A stretch of 64,000 nt of DNA from Prorocentrum cordatum. Lineage: Eukaryota. Both the position numbers and the translations under genes were made by a program. The notes under the pieces were generated by a model, which worked only from the letters and a program-made list of their open reading frames with translations, was not told the origin of the DNA and searched no databases. This document shows positions 29,417-42,383 of this stretch, piece by piece. Location: NCBI GenBank assembly GCA_963575745.1, contig CAUYUJ010000001.1:1-64000 (forward strand), written 5' to 3'. Position 1 is the first letter of the stretch. Every line of letters starts with the position of its first letter.

Positions 29417-30721
29417 GGTAAGCCAAACGATCCCGATTCACGGTTTGGCCCGATCCCTGCCATGGCCTTTGAAAAGGCCCAGGCGTTGCAGCGCCTTGCG
29501 CAGGAAGCGGGCGACGGGGACGGTGCAAAGAGGCATGGCGCATAGGCAGTTCGGCAGTCCCCAAGGCCACCTGAGCCAACAGCGCGACAGCGTCTCAACC
29601 AGGCTGAACTTAAGCAGGAGCATTTCGAACAAAAAACTCAAGCAATCGTTTCCTTGCTCATTGTTTTGCCAATCGGCGCGGGCCCTCGCACCCCCCCCCC
29701 CGGGGAGTAGATCTTGGCTGTTTGTGGCGCCTCTGTGAGGCAGGGGGAGTCTCCCCCATAGGACACACTATTGCAAACAGTCGCAGTAAGCAGAGGTCCG
29801 GAGCAAGACCCTTCCCCCCTCCCTTCCGCCCAATGTCGAAACGCCGAGTAAGAAAACGTATACCAACGCAGAGTAAGAGAAGCTCGGCAAATGGAGAGAA
29901 GCAGTGAGTGGCCCAGCTTACTACTACAATCGAGCACACCGAAAAGGGCATCCAGGAATCAGACAGGGAAGTCTGAGAGGCGCTTTGAGCTATGCAGCAG
30001 CAACAAAGAGTGTGCGATGGCTCTACCAAAGCTACGCCGCATATCAGTCTGCGACGGTTGGCGGAAGGTCAGGCAGACTTGGCTGCTACTCCTACTTGTG
30101 CAGATTTCATGGATGTCGAAGCCGCCAAACCAAACAGAGCTACGACGTGGACGAGACAGATGTTCAAGAGTTGGAGCAACGCAAAGCTGAGGCAGCCAAG
30201 CAAATTCAGGAAGTGTTCAAAATCTTGTCCAACAGCTGGATCGCACGGCGGCGAAATAGAGGAGAATCGACGGATAACCTAAAGGAGACAAGGAGGCAAA
30301 GGAAGCTTTTTCCACGCAGGCTGCGGCAGCACCAGCGGCTCGGCCTTAGTCTGACATACGTTCCCGCGTGGCAGCAGACGAGTCAACCCAAGCAGCATCG
30401 CAATCTCTTTAGCATCTACAAGGCAACATGGTCAGCTCGCAGCCCCTTCTCAGATGCAGGCTATGTACATGGTGAAGTTCGGTTTGACAAAGTCTGGCAT
30501 CGCGAAGCTTGTGTCGGAGGCCTCCCTCCTCCCTCCCCCCTTGCGCCACTCCCTCCCTCCCTTCTCCGTGTCCCCCTCCCCTCCCCCCTCCCTTCCCCCC
30601 CCTCCCCCTTGCCCACTCCGCCCTCCCTCGCCCTCCCCTCACCCGCCCCTTGCCTTGCCGGCGGTGTCGACGCCGTCTGCCGCGGCGCCCCCCGCGCGCG
30701 GCCGCCTCGCCCCGCCGAGAG

Positions 30722-30819
30722 GGGGAGCGTACCGCGTCAGCGGGCAGAAGAAGTGGATCACGGGCGGCCACGTGGCCGACTTCCTGACCCTGGCGGTGCG
30801 CACCGGCGCGGGGAGCAAG
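30722..30819 (+). CDS. Acyl-CoA dehydrogenase, exon c (GAYRVSGQKKWITGGHVADFLTLAVRTGAGSK)
   Basis: ACAD motif GxKxWITGGxxAD; AG acceptor and GC donor; in phase with exons b and d. Confidence 0.93.
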
Positions 30820-31208
30820 GCCCCTGGGCGCCCTCCGCTCGGGGGCAGCGGGGAGGGGGGATGCATCGACCGCGGCACAGGATTGGATATGGGGGGGGGG
30901 CACGGCACAGCATAGTTGGGGGGGGGCACGAGCGGCCACGTGGCCGGTGCCCTGGCCCTGGAGGTGCCCCGGGCGTCGAGTTTCTGGGCAGGTGCGATAC
31001 ACACGGGGGGGTGAGGAGGGGTGCACCTCGTGTGCCCTCAGGGCCCCCCTGAGGCCCGAAAGCGGGCACGAAGGGTGCACGTTTCCCTCCCCCCCCCGCA
31101 CCTTCATTTATCGCCCCCAATAGCTAACGCCCTAGGTGAGCACGGGCGCCGGGAGCGAGGCTTGGGCGCCCTCCGCTGAGGGACCACGATAGGAGGGCAT
31201 CGGCCTGG

Positions 31209-31358
31209 GTCGGGCATGTCCTTCTACAGAAGAAGTATTCAAACATGGTAAAAAATAGTCGGGGGACGATCGTTCTTCTACTTTCGGCTGTGTTTGGATC
31301 TTTGGGGGCTATTCTTTGTTTTCCCTCCGGGACCCGCCCGTAGGAGGACGTGCCCGAC
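31209..31358. mobile_element. MITE family A, copy 3 (diverged)
   Basis: GTCGGGCATGTCCTTCTAC...GTAGGAGGACGTGCCCGAC. Confidence 0.75.
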
Positions 31359-34300
31359 CCGAGCAGAGGCTCAACGGGGCCGGGGGGGGAGGCATGGACC
31401 CCGAGTCGCGCCTGGATCGCCGAGGGGGGTCGGAGGGCCCCGTCCCCGCCCAGGAGCGCGCGGAGGCGCCGTCGGGGGCCTGTCGCCCGCCGCTCTGCGG
31501 CGTCAGGCGATCGCAGGCATGCAGGCAGTGGCGAGGCGTCCCGGCTCGCCTGTAGGCCTACGAGACCCCTGATGGTCCGCTACCGAAAATTTCCGGTAGC
31601 GCTCCGCAGAGATCGGTCGCTACCGAAATACCGAAATGTAGCGCCCAATACCGGTATCAGACCGTTCTGAAATCCGCTATTTCAACGCCCTCAAACGAAG
31701 ATCCGGTCGCTACCGAAATTCGGGGTGCGTCGAAATCGCTACCGAAAATTTCCGGTACCAGACCATCTGGGACGTGAAAACGACCACAGCCACTGCTTCT
31801 CTTCTGTTGCCGCCTTCCAGCCAGCAGAAACAAAGCAGTGGTTGTGGTCATTTTCGTTAAGCTCGGCACCAGGGAGATGACCACAACCACTGCATTTTTT
31901 CGGCCGGCTGGAAGGCGGCGGAAACAAGAAGCAGTGGTTGTGGTAATTTTCCCGTCCCGCAAGGTCTACCAAGCAATGTTCTAAGAACCTTTTGTGGCTT
32001 CCACGAAGTTGTCCTCAGGACATTCCTGGCTGGGACTCCTTTGCTTTCACACAAGGGGCTTACGTTCTAAGAACAGTGTTTTGGTTCTTAGAACATTTTT
32101 GGGTTCGAAGCACATCTCGTGGTGGGCCTAGAGGAATGCCAGGACTGTCGGTCCCTGCTCAGAAGATGGATCAAGTGGGCGTGGATTAGCGACGGGTCCC
32201 GATCCCACGGGACATCGCGGGTTTCCGCCGTCGAACGAGGCGGCACCGGCAGCATTTGGGGAGGGCGCCTCCCCCGATCCATGAATGTGGCGACCGCGCG
32301 CCAAATCCACGGATCGCGAATGCATGTTTGCGCGCCCCCGATGGTGGGCGGGCGACGCATCGCCGAGTCCAGGTCGACGTGCCCCCCCGGAGTATGCTTC
32401 CCGTCCCCCCTACCAATCGGCCGTCGAGAGTAGGTATTTTTGGATTCCCAGATTCCTAGCTACTTTCAGCGCCTTCCTACTTCAAGCAAGTATCGGGTGG
32501 CTGCTCCTCTTCCGTCCTCCTCAGGGGGCGGGCGGAGACCCAATCCACTTTCAACTCCTTCCTACGTCATGTTTCCAGCTACTTCTTCCGACCGATGGGT
32601 ATCATTGCTCCTCAGCCCTGCGCCGCCGCAGAGTTACTCCTCGGCAGTGTTCGGGCGTTCTCAGAAAGGGTTCTCGCCGGCCGCCTTCCCTGGCGCCGTC
32701 TGTCCGTTTGGGGGGCCGTCTCTGGAGGCTTCTCGTCGCCACGGCTGGATCCGTCTCGAATGAACTTGGCCAGGATGGTCCCTCGGAGGGATCTGGGGAC
32801 CGATTTTCAGCGGATTTGGTCCTCCGGGGGGGTGTCGAGAATTTTTTTGGGAGTGTTGGAGAAGTTTCCGAGGCCTGGGCTGGTTCCCATCGGCTGCGCC
32901 TCGGCTGGGAGCGTTCCGGCAGCGCCGGAATCGTCCCGAACCGCCGCCGGGTGCCCGAGACATGGTCCGAAGGTGCGAGGAGGGGAAACTTCACACAGAC
33001 CTAATCAAGTGTCGGCTCCCAGTAAAACATGGAAAATACGAGGAACCTTTGTATTTGTGTCTATTTATTTGCGTGCCCCTGGTTCCCTTTACAGTGAGGA
33101 AGCGCAAGGTCAGGGGCAACGCTTGGGGAGCGGTGAACTCAATGGAAGGCGCAGCGACCCCGATCGCCCATACATCACCGATGCAGCTGGTACGATGGTC
33201 AAGAACAATCCTGGGTTTGGGGGGTACCCTGATGTTCTTCGCCTTTGGGCTCTCCACCATGTAATGCGATTCGTTTGGGATACCTCCATCGGGCCCTGGG
33301 GTCTCGGCGAAGGGGCCCATGCTCTTGATCCACGTTCTTGTGACCTTGCCTCGACTGTAGGGGCCCGATGGCCCAACCACGCCCAGGAGCGTGCAGATTC
33401 GCTATCGGGGGCCTCTCGGCGATGTCTCGCCGATTCGAGCCCGATGCCTCCCTAAGCTGGTCCCCCCTTGTCGTTCCCCCCTTGAGGAGGATGAGCAGCA
33501 GCAGCAACGCCAACGCCGCTAGGGCTGCTTCAACTATAAACTTAACTACATCGTACCTCCCTCCCAGGTGAAACGAAGACACTGGCGCAGGAGAGAGGGG
33601 AGCAGAGGACGAGGCAGCGGAGGACGGCCCCGTGGCAGGACAGCCTGCCGATTCCGCAGTCGCATCTCTGCCGTCGGCATCGACGCCGTTGCGCTGTTGA
33701 AAGCGTATAGTCTAGACGCTGAAATCAGAACCACTTTGAGTTCGCAAGGGGCAAGCTGCTCCTTCGTTCATTCCGTAATTGTTCCTCTCGCCCTCCTCGT
33801 CCACCCAGGTTCTCATGGTGCCAAAAAGCAGCGTTATTCCCTGTGTAGATGTTCCTTGCTGCAGCAGCTTGACTATATGAGGCAGTGGAGGACGGTCCCG
33901 CTGCAGGACACCCTGCCGACTCCGCAGTCAGGTCTCCGACGTCGGCATTGATGCCGTTGCGTTGATGGGGTCAGATTAGGCCTACTGTAGGTTCGCGTCG
34001 CGTCGACCAGCGGCTGCCCCGCCGCTGGCATTCAACGTTGAGTGCCGCCAGCGACCCAGAACCGGTCGATATTGAGCGATCTGACGTTTCGGAAACGGCC
34101 GACCGTTCCAGGTTGCACGACCCCCGCGGTGTCCGGATCAAATGCTGCGGTCGTCACGACACGGATTTGCGGCAGTTGCAGGAGCGGGCTAACCTCGGGG
34201 GCGAGCCCGGGGGTAAGTGAGAGGGGGGCGGGCCTTCTCAGGCTCGGAGGTCCCCCGGCCTTCGGAGAAGCTCTCTGAGCCTGCTTCGAAGACGCAGGAA

Positions 34301-34756
34301 GCCTCGCAGAGGGCGCGAGGGCTTCTGAGAAGTCCCGCCGCCTTCTGCGAAGGCCTCCTCCTCGCTTCCCTCCCCCTCGCTCGCCGCCGGAAGCCACACG
34401 GCAGACCGACGGCGGGAGCCCGGCCGATGCCAGGAGCGGGGGCCCCGAGAGGCGGGCTTAAGCGCGATCCCTCGGGCGGGGCCCCGGCGACCCTGCCCGC
34501 TCCCCCCCAAGGGAGGGAGGAGGGGGGAGGAGGAGGGGAGGAGGAGGAGGAGGAGGAGGAGGAGGAGGAGGAGGAGGAGGAGGGAGGAGGAGGAGGAGGG
34601 AGGAGGGAGGAGGAGGAGGAGGAGGAGGAGGGGGAGGAGGAGGGAGGAGGAGGAGGAGGAGGAGGAGGAGGAGGAGGGAGGAGGGAGGAGGGAGGAGGGA
34701 GGAGGGAGGAGGGAGCCCCTTGGGCGCCGCGCCGGCGGCCGCCGTCCCCGGGGGAG

Positions 34757-34806
34757 GGGATCTCCCTGCTCCTGGCGGACACCAGTGCCCCAGGGATCGA
34801 GATCAG
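34757..34806 (+). CDS. Acyl-CoA dehydrogenase, exon d (GISLLLADTSAPGIEI-R)
   Basis: ACAD GISLLLxD...PG motif; AG acceptor and GA donor. Confidence 0.88.
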
Positions 34807-37800
34807 GACGGGCTTCTCGCGGGGGGCGAGGAGGGGGCGAGGGAGCCTGGGAGGGGGGGGGGGCGAGGGAGCTGCGCGAGGAAGAGGGCGAGGGCAGGAG
34901 CGGGGCGAGGGGGTGGGGAGGAGGATGGGGTGCGGGGAGAGGGAGGAGGAAGGAGGAACAGGATGGACGGATGGATGGAGGAGCAGGGGCGAGGAGGAGG
35001 AGGAGGCGGAGGAGGCGGAGGAGGAGGAGGAGGAGGAGGAGGAGGAGGGGGCGAGTTTTCCAACCCCGATGTTCGGAGTTCTGGGCCTACCCAGAGGGGC
35101 AGGGAGACGGAGGAGCAGGGCGGGGGGGTTGGAGCGAGGAGCAGGCGAGGAGCAGGTGCATGAGGAGGAGGAGCAAGAGCGTAGAGGCGACGAGGATGCG
35201 GGGGGTAGAGAGCGGAGGTTGTAAGGGGAAGACGCGGTGGAGTAGAAGGAGGAAGAAGAGGAGAAGGAGGAGGAGCGTGAAGACACGGAGGAGGAGGAGG
35301 TCAAGGTCAAGGTCATCCGCATGAGAGGGGGTCAACGCCAACACCTACAAAGGAATTGCGCGTGCGACTAGCAAAATCCCCCGCATGAGTAGTATGCAGC
35401 TAGGACCCGACAGCCCTTCGACATCGTATCGAAGTCCCTGCCAGGGCCTGCGCAGGGGCGGTCACGCGGCCTTCCCTCCACTCCCTCCCCCCTCCCCACG
35501 CCTCCACCACAGGCTAGCGTGCGGCCCGTTCACATGGAGTCCTGTGTCACCAGTCAGTAGATCTCCGATGAAACCAAGGGGTGCGGCACCGCTGGCACTG
35601 TGCTGCCAATGGCCGTACGAGCGCGGGCCTGCACAAAGAGGAGGGTTTCCTGAACCCCACTCGCGAGCCATATTCCTTTCTGTATCCTGCGGAGAAGAGG
35701 ACCGAAGACGAGAGACCAAGAGACGAGAGGGGGAACACTGGGCGAGAAGGCCTGCACCCCGAGATGCCCTCGCTAGTGCGTGCGGCTCTCCCTTCGAGGC
35801 AAATTCAGTATTCTCCTCCGCGCATGTGCTTTCCCATTCTGAAAGGGCGGAATTATCACGGGGCAGCCGTTGTGTACGTGTCCCCCATGCTGGCAAGAAT
35901 TCCAATACTTTCCCAGTCCGAAAGGGCGAATTCCACGAGCGAATTCCACCTCTGGCAGAGTGCGAACTGTGCCGTTAGAAGCCAATCGGTGCCGTAATTC
36001 ATCTGCAGAAATGGTGGCCAATGTTGTTCCACATGATGGCATAGATGTCGTCCAAAGTTCGTCCGCTGCGCGTCGGTATCCGCTCTTCGATGACAGACCC
36101 TTCAACTCTTGTGTCTTTGATCACTAAGGGGTCAGAGGGAGCCCCCGTTGGGAAATGTTGCGGGTCCCTTTGCCTCAGTTTCTGACTCCTTCTCCACCTC
36201 TTCCACAACCGCACAATCCCTGTGTGAATCAACAATCCCGGCACTTCAACAACATATCCAGTGGGCATTCCTTTTTCCGTGCACAGTGTCTGCAAAATGC
36301 CCTTTGTGTTTTTTTCGTGGGTCGTTGTAGAACTTAAGAATCCCAGAAGCGTTGCGATCTCTGGGTCATCATTAGGGAGCATGGGTTTTCGCAGTCCGCC
36401 ATCGGCACCAGTCGGTGGCCTCTGAACCTCGGGGCCTCAATCTTCCCAGACCTCCTTCGCTCTCCTGCGAACAAACGAGGCGACTTCCAGCAACAACATT
36501 TCCAGATAATCGGGTTGGTCTCCATCTTTCCAGACCTCCTTCTCGTCCGTCTCACCGCTGGAGTCCATGGGTTTCCGAGGTCCATCATCGGCAGAAGCCG
36601 CTGGCCTCCGAACCTCGCGGCCTCCATCTTCCCTCTTTGTTGCTTGCTTTCGTCTGTGCCGTGGCCACGAGGCTGTCTCTGCTCTTCTGGCGCTGCAGTG
36701 CTTCGATGCGGCGCCTCGGGGGGCGACTCGAGTGCAGCGGCCCCCTTGAGGGGGGAGCAGGTGGCTACGGTTGTCCAGCCTTGCCTCCAGCTTTGCTCGG
36801 CGGCGGACAAGCGAATGCGAAGCAGGGCCAATCGGATTCCACTGGCGGAACTGATCTTCGATCTCCTGCGATAACGTTTCCAATCTGGAAGATCCGCAAG
36901 TCGTTGAGACGGGCTGCACCTGGGCCCGTGCGGGCGCAGGCGCTGAGGGGAGCCGAGGCCGCTCTGCAAACTCCCCCGGCAGCTCTTTCCCCTGGGCCCC
37001 ACAGGACGCAGGACGGGGTGGGGAGCCGAGCAAGCTCTACAAATTCACCCGCTGCCGCATGCCCTCTCCTTTTTCGTCTACCTTGCTGTAGTTCGCCTCG
37101 ATGTCCGTTCCCTGGACTTGAGCACCCATCTGTTCACAGATTGCAATCCTGGCATGCTGGCATTTCCGCGCGTGGGTGCGGCGGATCCGTTCTCTGCGTC
37201 CTTGCTCGTCTTTTTTTCCAGGTCACATTCCAATCTGCCAAAGATTGGAAAGATGCGGCACAAGAGAAATCCACCTTTGATTCCCGACCCAGACACTGGG
37301 AAAGGTCGCAAAGAGGTACGGTTTCGAAAGTGCTGCAGAGATTGTTATGTTTGTTTTTCTCCTTCTTCCCCTGGCCCCGGCAGATCAACCTTTGTGGCTG
37401 TCAGAGTCCGTAAGTCGTGTGAGTGAGTTTCTGTGAAAACTTCCCCCTGTCGGGGCTCCAAGTGCATGTACCTCCAGCGCCGACTAGGAGGAGGAGGAGG
37501 AGGAGGAGGAGGAGGAAGAGGAGGGAGGAGGAGGAGGAGGACAGGGAGGACAGGGAGGGCAGGGCAGAAGATGCGGGGGGGAGGGGGCGGAGGTGGTAAT
37601 TAGGGGAAGACGCGGAGGAGGAGGAGGAGGAGGAAGAGGAGGAGAAGGAGGAGAAGGAGGAGGAGGAGGAGCATATGAGGAGGAGGAGGAGGAGGACAGG
37701 GAAGGCGGAGGATGCTGGGGGAGAGGGCGGAGGATGCGGGGGAGAGGGGGCGGAGGTGGTGGCGGGAAGGCGCTCGCCTCCCTCTCTCCTTGCCTTGCCG

Positions 37801-38883
37801 TCGCTGCTCCTTAAGCTGATATCCACATGTCACCACCCAGCGACACCAGTCGCCCCGCTTCGCAGGCGATTTCTCTCCCCCAATCCCCGACTTCCGCCAG
37901 AAAAGTTTGGTCGCTCAGAAAAGGGGAGGAATCTTGGGATACATCCCGAGGGGGCTATTCGGACGCACTGTCGAGGATGGACGCCCCCCCCTCGTATATC
38001 CCAGGGTTGGGCCCCAAATTGTTGATCCTCTCGAAAACCTCACGGAGCCTGGGATAGGGGTCGACGCATCCCCTGTTACCGCTCTCGGACGTGGCTAGGA
38101 CGAGGATAGATCCTGTCCGGAGCGTTGTGGAACGCTCTCACGGCGTTCCGGAACGCTCTGATGAGGCCGCGGCGCCCGATGCATCCCCCCGAGCCGACAG
38201 ATCTCAGAGAGTCTCGATTCAACTTCAGCCGCCTCTTCCTGGCCTGGCCCCGCTCAATGGTCTGAGCAACCCCCCCTCTAGGCCGACCAGTCCTGGGGAG
38301 GGGTGGCTACGTCGGACGACTCTGTAACCTTCAGTGTCTCAGGGCCTCAATGGGGGATGAGGAGGAGGAGGAGGAGGAAGAAGACGAGGAATAATACTAA
38401 TAAGACGAATAATACGACTACTAACAAGACTAATCATAACCAAAAGAAGAAGACGAATAAGAGTAATGATAATAATAATAATAATGCGAAGAAGAAATAG
38501 AAGGAGAAACAGAAGAAGAAGAAGAGGAGAAGGAGGAGGAGGAGGAGGAGGAAGGAGGACTGGAGAGAGTAGTCGGGAGAGGAAGGGGAGCGGAGGGAGG
38601 GTGAGTGGGGGAGGGATGATGGCGGACGACGAGTGTCGAAGGTCGGCGAGGAGGGACCGTGTGATCAGTGACAGCCAGACGTGCGGAATGCGTCAGGAGC
38701 TCGAGGGACGGCGATGGATGAGGGCGAAAGACGATGTAAAGGTGGGGCGGGGCAACAGAAAAGAGATTTGATTCATAATCTGAGCCCTTTCCTCGTCTGC
38801 CTTCTGCTCTCTACTCTGCCTCCCTGTCCTCATTTGTCCCGCCCTCTGGCTATTAGTTTCCCTCTGCCTGCTATTCCTCTCTT

Positions 38884-38919
<36 letters not shown>

Positions 38920-39234
38920 GATTCCCCTCTTCCCTTCGTGGTACCGTCCTGGTCCGACACTGACTTGGAACCCCAGGGGGTCGCAGGATACGTCAGCACG
39001 TGCGAATGAGAGACCCTGTCAAGACCGAGGGGGCTGTTACATGAAGACATCCAGACCCTATGATACCGTGCCTGGCTGGACATCCCCCATCTAGCTTCCA
39101 TAGCTCGTCCTTACCGATCTTCCGATCGAGCTCGTCCGCGTCTGTTTGTCCATCATTATTGTTGCGTCCTCCCGCTCTTCCTTCATCGTCGTTATTATCC
39201 TCGTCCTGACGTTGCCGTTCCGACGTGCCCAAAG

Positions 39235-39335
39235 GAAAATGGAGACCCAGTTTGACACTTGCCACGGGACAACGTTCATTACATTGGACAACGTGCTGAT
39301 ACCAGAGGAGAACCTCATCGGAAAGGAGGGCGCAG
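39235..39335 (+). CDS. Acyl-CoA dehydrogenase, exon e (KMETQFDTCHGTTFITLDNVLIPEENLIGKEGA-G)
   Basis: ACAD T..I..DNV.IP.ENLIG.EG.G motif; AG acceptor and GA donor. Confidence 0.93.
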
Positions 39336-39662
39336 GAATTTCCAGCGGGGCAGGGCCAGAATTGGGAATGGTGGGGGGGGAGAGGATGCGGAGGACAGGG
39401 TGGTGGTGGTCACTGCATAAGGGAAACAGAATCCCGAGCAGAGCAACACGCACCACGACCACGACGACGCCGACGACGACGACGGAGACGAGGCGCGCTT
39501 ACGATCCGCACCGAAGCACGGATTTGGGAAAGGGCCCACCCTGCAGGTTCGGTTAAACAGCGCATCGTTGAGCGGTGCTGCAGCCTCCCCTGAGCACAGG
39601 CCCCTCCAGAGCATCAGCCAGACAAGTCGGGTTTGCACCCTCATGCCTTGCTGGACTCTGGG

Positions 39663-39734
39663 CGCGTTTCGGCACCCTCTCCCCCAACCTCGTCAGGGCC
39701 ACCGACAAGGGAGAGGGCGGCGATGGCCGACGCG
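39663..39734 (-). ncRNA. Type III hammerhead ribozyme, copy 1
   Basis: Core CUGACGA, GAAA and GUC intact; one C->U change in stem I gives a G-U pair. Confidence 0.85.
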
Positions 39735-40105
39735 TCCCCGAGCTAAGAAGCTCAAAGCGCCGCGGCTCAGAGAGCCGGGAAGGCAGACAGACAGACGGAC
39801 GGACGGACAGCCAGGCGGCGCGCAATGCCTGGCAAGCCAAGTGGGTGGTCACTGCATAAGGGAAACAGAATCCCAAGCAGAGCAACACGCACCACGACCA
39901 CGACGACGCCGACGACGACGACGACGACGGAGACGAGGCGCGCTTACGATCCGCACCGAAGCACGGATTTGGGAGAGAGCCCACCCTGCAGGTCCGGTTA
40001 AACAGCACATCGTTGAGCGGTGCTGCAGCCTCCCTTGAGCACAGGCCCCCCCGGAAAATCAGCCAGGCAAGTCGGGTTTGCACCCTCATGCCTTGCTGGA
40101 CTCTG

Positions 40106-40177
40106 GGCGTTTCGGCACCCTCTTCCCCAACCTCGTCAGGGCCACCGACAAGGGAGAGGGCGGCGGTGGCCGACGCG
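40106..40177 (-). ncRNA. Type III hammerhead ribozyme, copy 2
   Basis: Core intact; a 2-nt loss shortens stem III and there is one loop-II change. Confidence 0.8.
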
Positions 40178-40547
40178 TCCCCGAGCAAAGAAGCTCAAAG
40201 CGTCGCGGCTCAGAGAGCCGGGAAGACAGACAGACGGACGGACGGACGGACAGCCAGGCGGCGCGCAACGCCTGGCAAGCCAAGTGGGTGGTCACTGCAT
40301 AAGGGAAACAGAATCCCGAGCAGAGCAACACGCACCACGACCACGACGACGCCGACGACGACGACGACGGAGACGAGGCGCGCTTACGATCCGCAGCGAA
40401 GCACGGATTTTGGAAAAGGCCCACCCTGCAGGTTCGGTTAAACAGCACATCGTTGAGCGGTGCTGCAGCCTCCCCTGAACACAGGCCCCCCCGGAGCATC
40501 AGCCAGACAAGTCGGGTTTGCACCCTCATGCCTTGCTGGCTTCTGGG

Positions 40548-40619
40548 CGCGTTTCGGCACCCTCCCCCCCAACCTCGTCAGGGCCACCGACAAGGGAGAG
40601 GGCGGCGGTGGCCGACGCG
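40548..40619 (-). ncRNA. Type III hammerhead ribozyme, copy 3
   Basis: Core and stems intact; one A->G change in loop II. Confidence 0.87.
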
Positions 40620-40990
40620 TCCCCGAGCTAAGAAGCTCAAAGCGCCGCGGCTCAGAGAGCCGGGAAGACAGACAGACAGACGGACGGACGGACAGCCAGG
40701 CGGCGCGCAATGCCTGGCAAGCCAAGTGGGTGGTCACTGCATAAGGGAAACAGAATCCCGAGCAGAGCAACACGCACCACGACCACGACGACGCCGACGA
40801 CGACGACGACGGAGACGAGGCGCGCTTACGATCCGCACCGAAGCACGGATTTGTGAAAAGGGCCCGCCCTGCAGGTTCGGTTAAACAGCGCATTGTTGAG
40901 CGGTGCTGCAGCCTCCCTTGAACACAGGCCCCCCCAGAGCATCAGCCAGACAAGTCAAGTTTGCACCCTCATGCCTTGCTGGACTCTGGG

Positions 40991-41062
40991 CGCGTTTCGG
41001 CACCCTCTCCCCCAACCTCGCCAGGGCCACCGACAAGGGAGAGGGCGGCGGTGGCCGACGCG
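40991..41062 (-). ncRNA. Type III hammerhead ribozyme, copy 4 (core mutant CUGGCGA)
   Basis: The plus strand reads CTCGCCAG instead of CTCGTCAG; probably inactive. Confidence 0.8.
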
Positions 41063-41424
41063 TCCCCGAGCTAAGAAGCTCAAAGCGCCGCGGCTCAGAG
41101 AGCCGGGAAAACAGACGGACGGACGGACAGCCAGGCGGCGCGCAATGCCTGGCAAGCCAAGTGGGTGGTCACTGCATAAGGGAAACAGAATCCCGAGCAG
41201 AGCAACACGCACCACGACCACGACGACGCCGACGACGACGACGACGGAGACGAGGCGCGCTTACGATCCGCACCGAAGCACGGATTTGGGAAAGGGCCCA
41301 CCCTGCAGGTTCGGTTAAACAGCACATCGTTGAGCGGTGCTGCAGCCTCCCCTGAACACAGGCCCCCCCAGAGCATCAGCCAGACAAGTCAAGTTTGCAC
41401 CCTCATGCCTTGCTGGACTCTGGG

Positions 41425-41496
41425 CGCGTTTCGGCACCCTCTCCCCCGACCTCGTCAGGGCCACCGACAAGGGAGAGGGCGGCGGTGGCCGACGCG
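41425..41496 (-). ncRNA. Type III hammerhead ribozyme, copy 5
   Basis: Core and stems intact. Confidence 0.87.
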
Positions 41497-41866
41497 TCCC
41501 CGAGCTAAGAAGCTCAAAGCGCCGCGGCTCAGAGAGCCGGGAAGACAGACAGACAGACGGACGGACGGACAGCCAGGCGGCGCGCAACGCCTTGCAAGCC
41601 AAGTGGGTGGTCACTGCATAAGGGAAACAGAATCCCGAGCAGAGCAACACGCACCACGACCACGACGACGCCGACGACGACGACGACGGAGACGAGGCGC
41701 GCTTACGATCCGCACCGAAGCACGGATTTGGGAAAGGGCCCACCCTGCAGGTTCGGTTAAACAGCACATCGTTGAGCGGTGCTGCAGCCTCCCCTGAGCA
41801 CAGGCCCCCCCAGAGCATCAGCCAGACAAGTCGGGTTTGCACCCTCATGCCTTGCTGGACTCTGGG

Positions 41867-41938
41867 CGCGTTTCGGCACCCTCTCCCCCAACCTCGTCAG
41901 GGCCACCGACAAGGGAGAGGGCGGCGGTGGCCGACGCG
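41867..41938 (-). ncRNA. Type III hammerhead ribozyme, copy 6 (consensus)
   Basis: Minus strand: CGCGUC^GGCCACCG-ccgcccucucccuugu-CGGUGGCC-CUGACGA-GGU-ugggggagagggu-GCC-GAAA-CGCG. Confidence 0.9.
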
Positions 41939-42311
41939 TCCCCGAGCTAAGAAGCTCAAAGCGCCGCGGCTCAGAGAGCCGGGAAGACAGACAGACAGAC
42001 GGACGGACGGACAGCCAGGCGGCGCGCAATGCCTGGCAAGCCAAGTGGGTGGTCACTGCATAAGGGAAACAGAATCCCGAGCAGAGCAACACGCACCACG
42101 ACCACGACGACGCCGACGACGACGACGACGACGGAGACGAGGCGCGCTTACGATCCGCAGCGAAGCACGAATTTGGGAAAGGGCCCACCCTGCAGGTTCG
42201 GTTAAGCAGCACATCGTTGAGCGGTGCTGCAGCCTCCCCTGAGCACAGGCCCCCCCAGAGCATCAGCCAGACAACTCCGGTTTGCACCCTCATGCCTTGC
42301 TGGACTCTGGG

Positions 42312-42383
42312 CGCGTTTCGGCACCCTCTCCCCCAACCTCGCCAGGGCCACCGACAAGGGAGAGGGCGGCGGTGGCCGACGCG
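42312..42383 (-). ncRNA. Type III hammerhead ribozyme, copy 7 (core mutant CUGGCGA)
   Basis: Same core substitution as copy 4. Confidence 0.8.

Noticed and set aside
35900..37450. Complex, coding-like stretches (also about 8230-8790, 12760-13140, 19850-20950, 28500-28830, 32950-33950 and 52950-53700)
   Set aside because: Probably decayed transposon fragments, but no motif could be assigned by eye; a translated search would be needed.
40086..40529. Minus-strand ORF spanning a whole retrozyme unit (147 aa, overlapping ATGA start/stop) and similar ORFs in other units
   Set aside because: Unit lengths vary by non-multiples of three, the sequence is GC-rich and no domain is recognisable. Circle-spanning translation is not supported, though not excluded.
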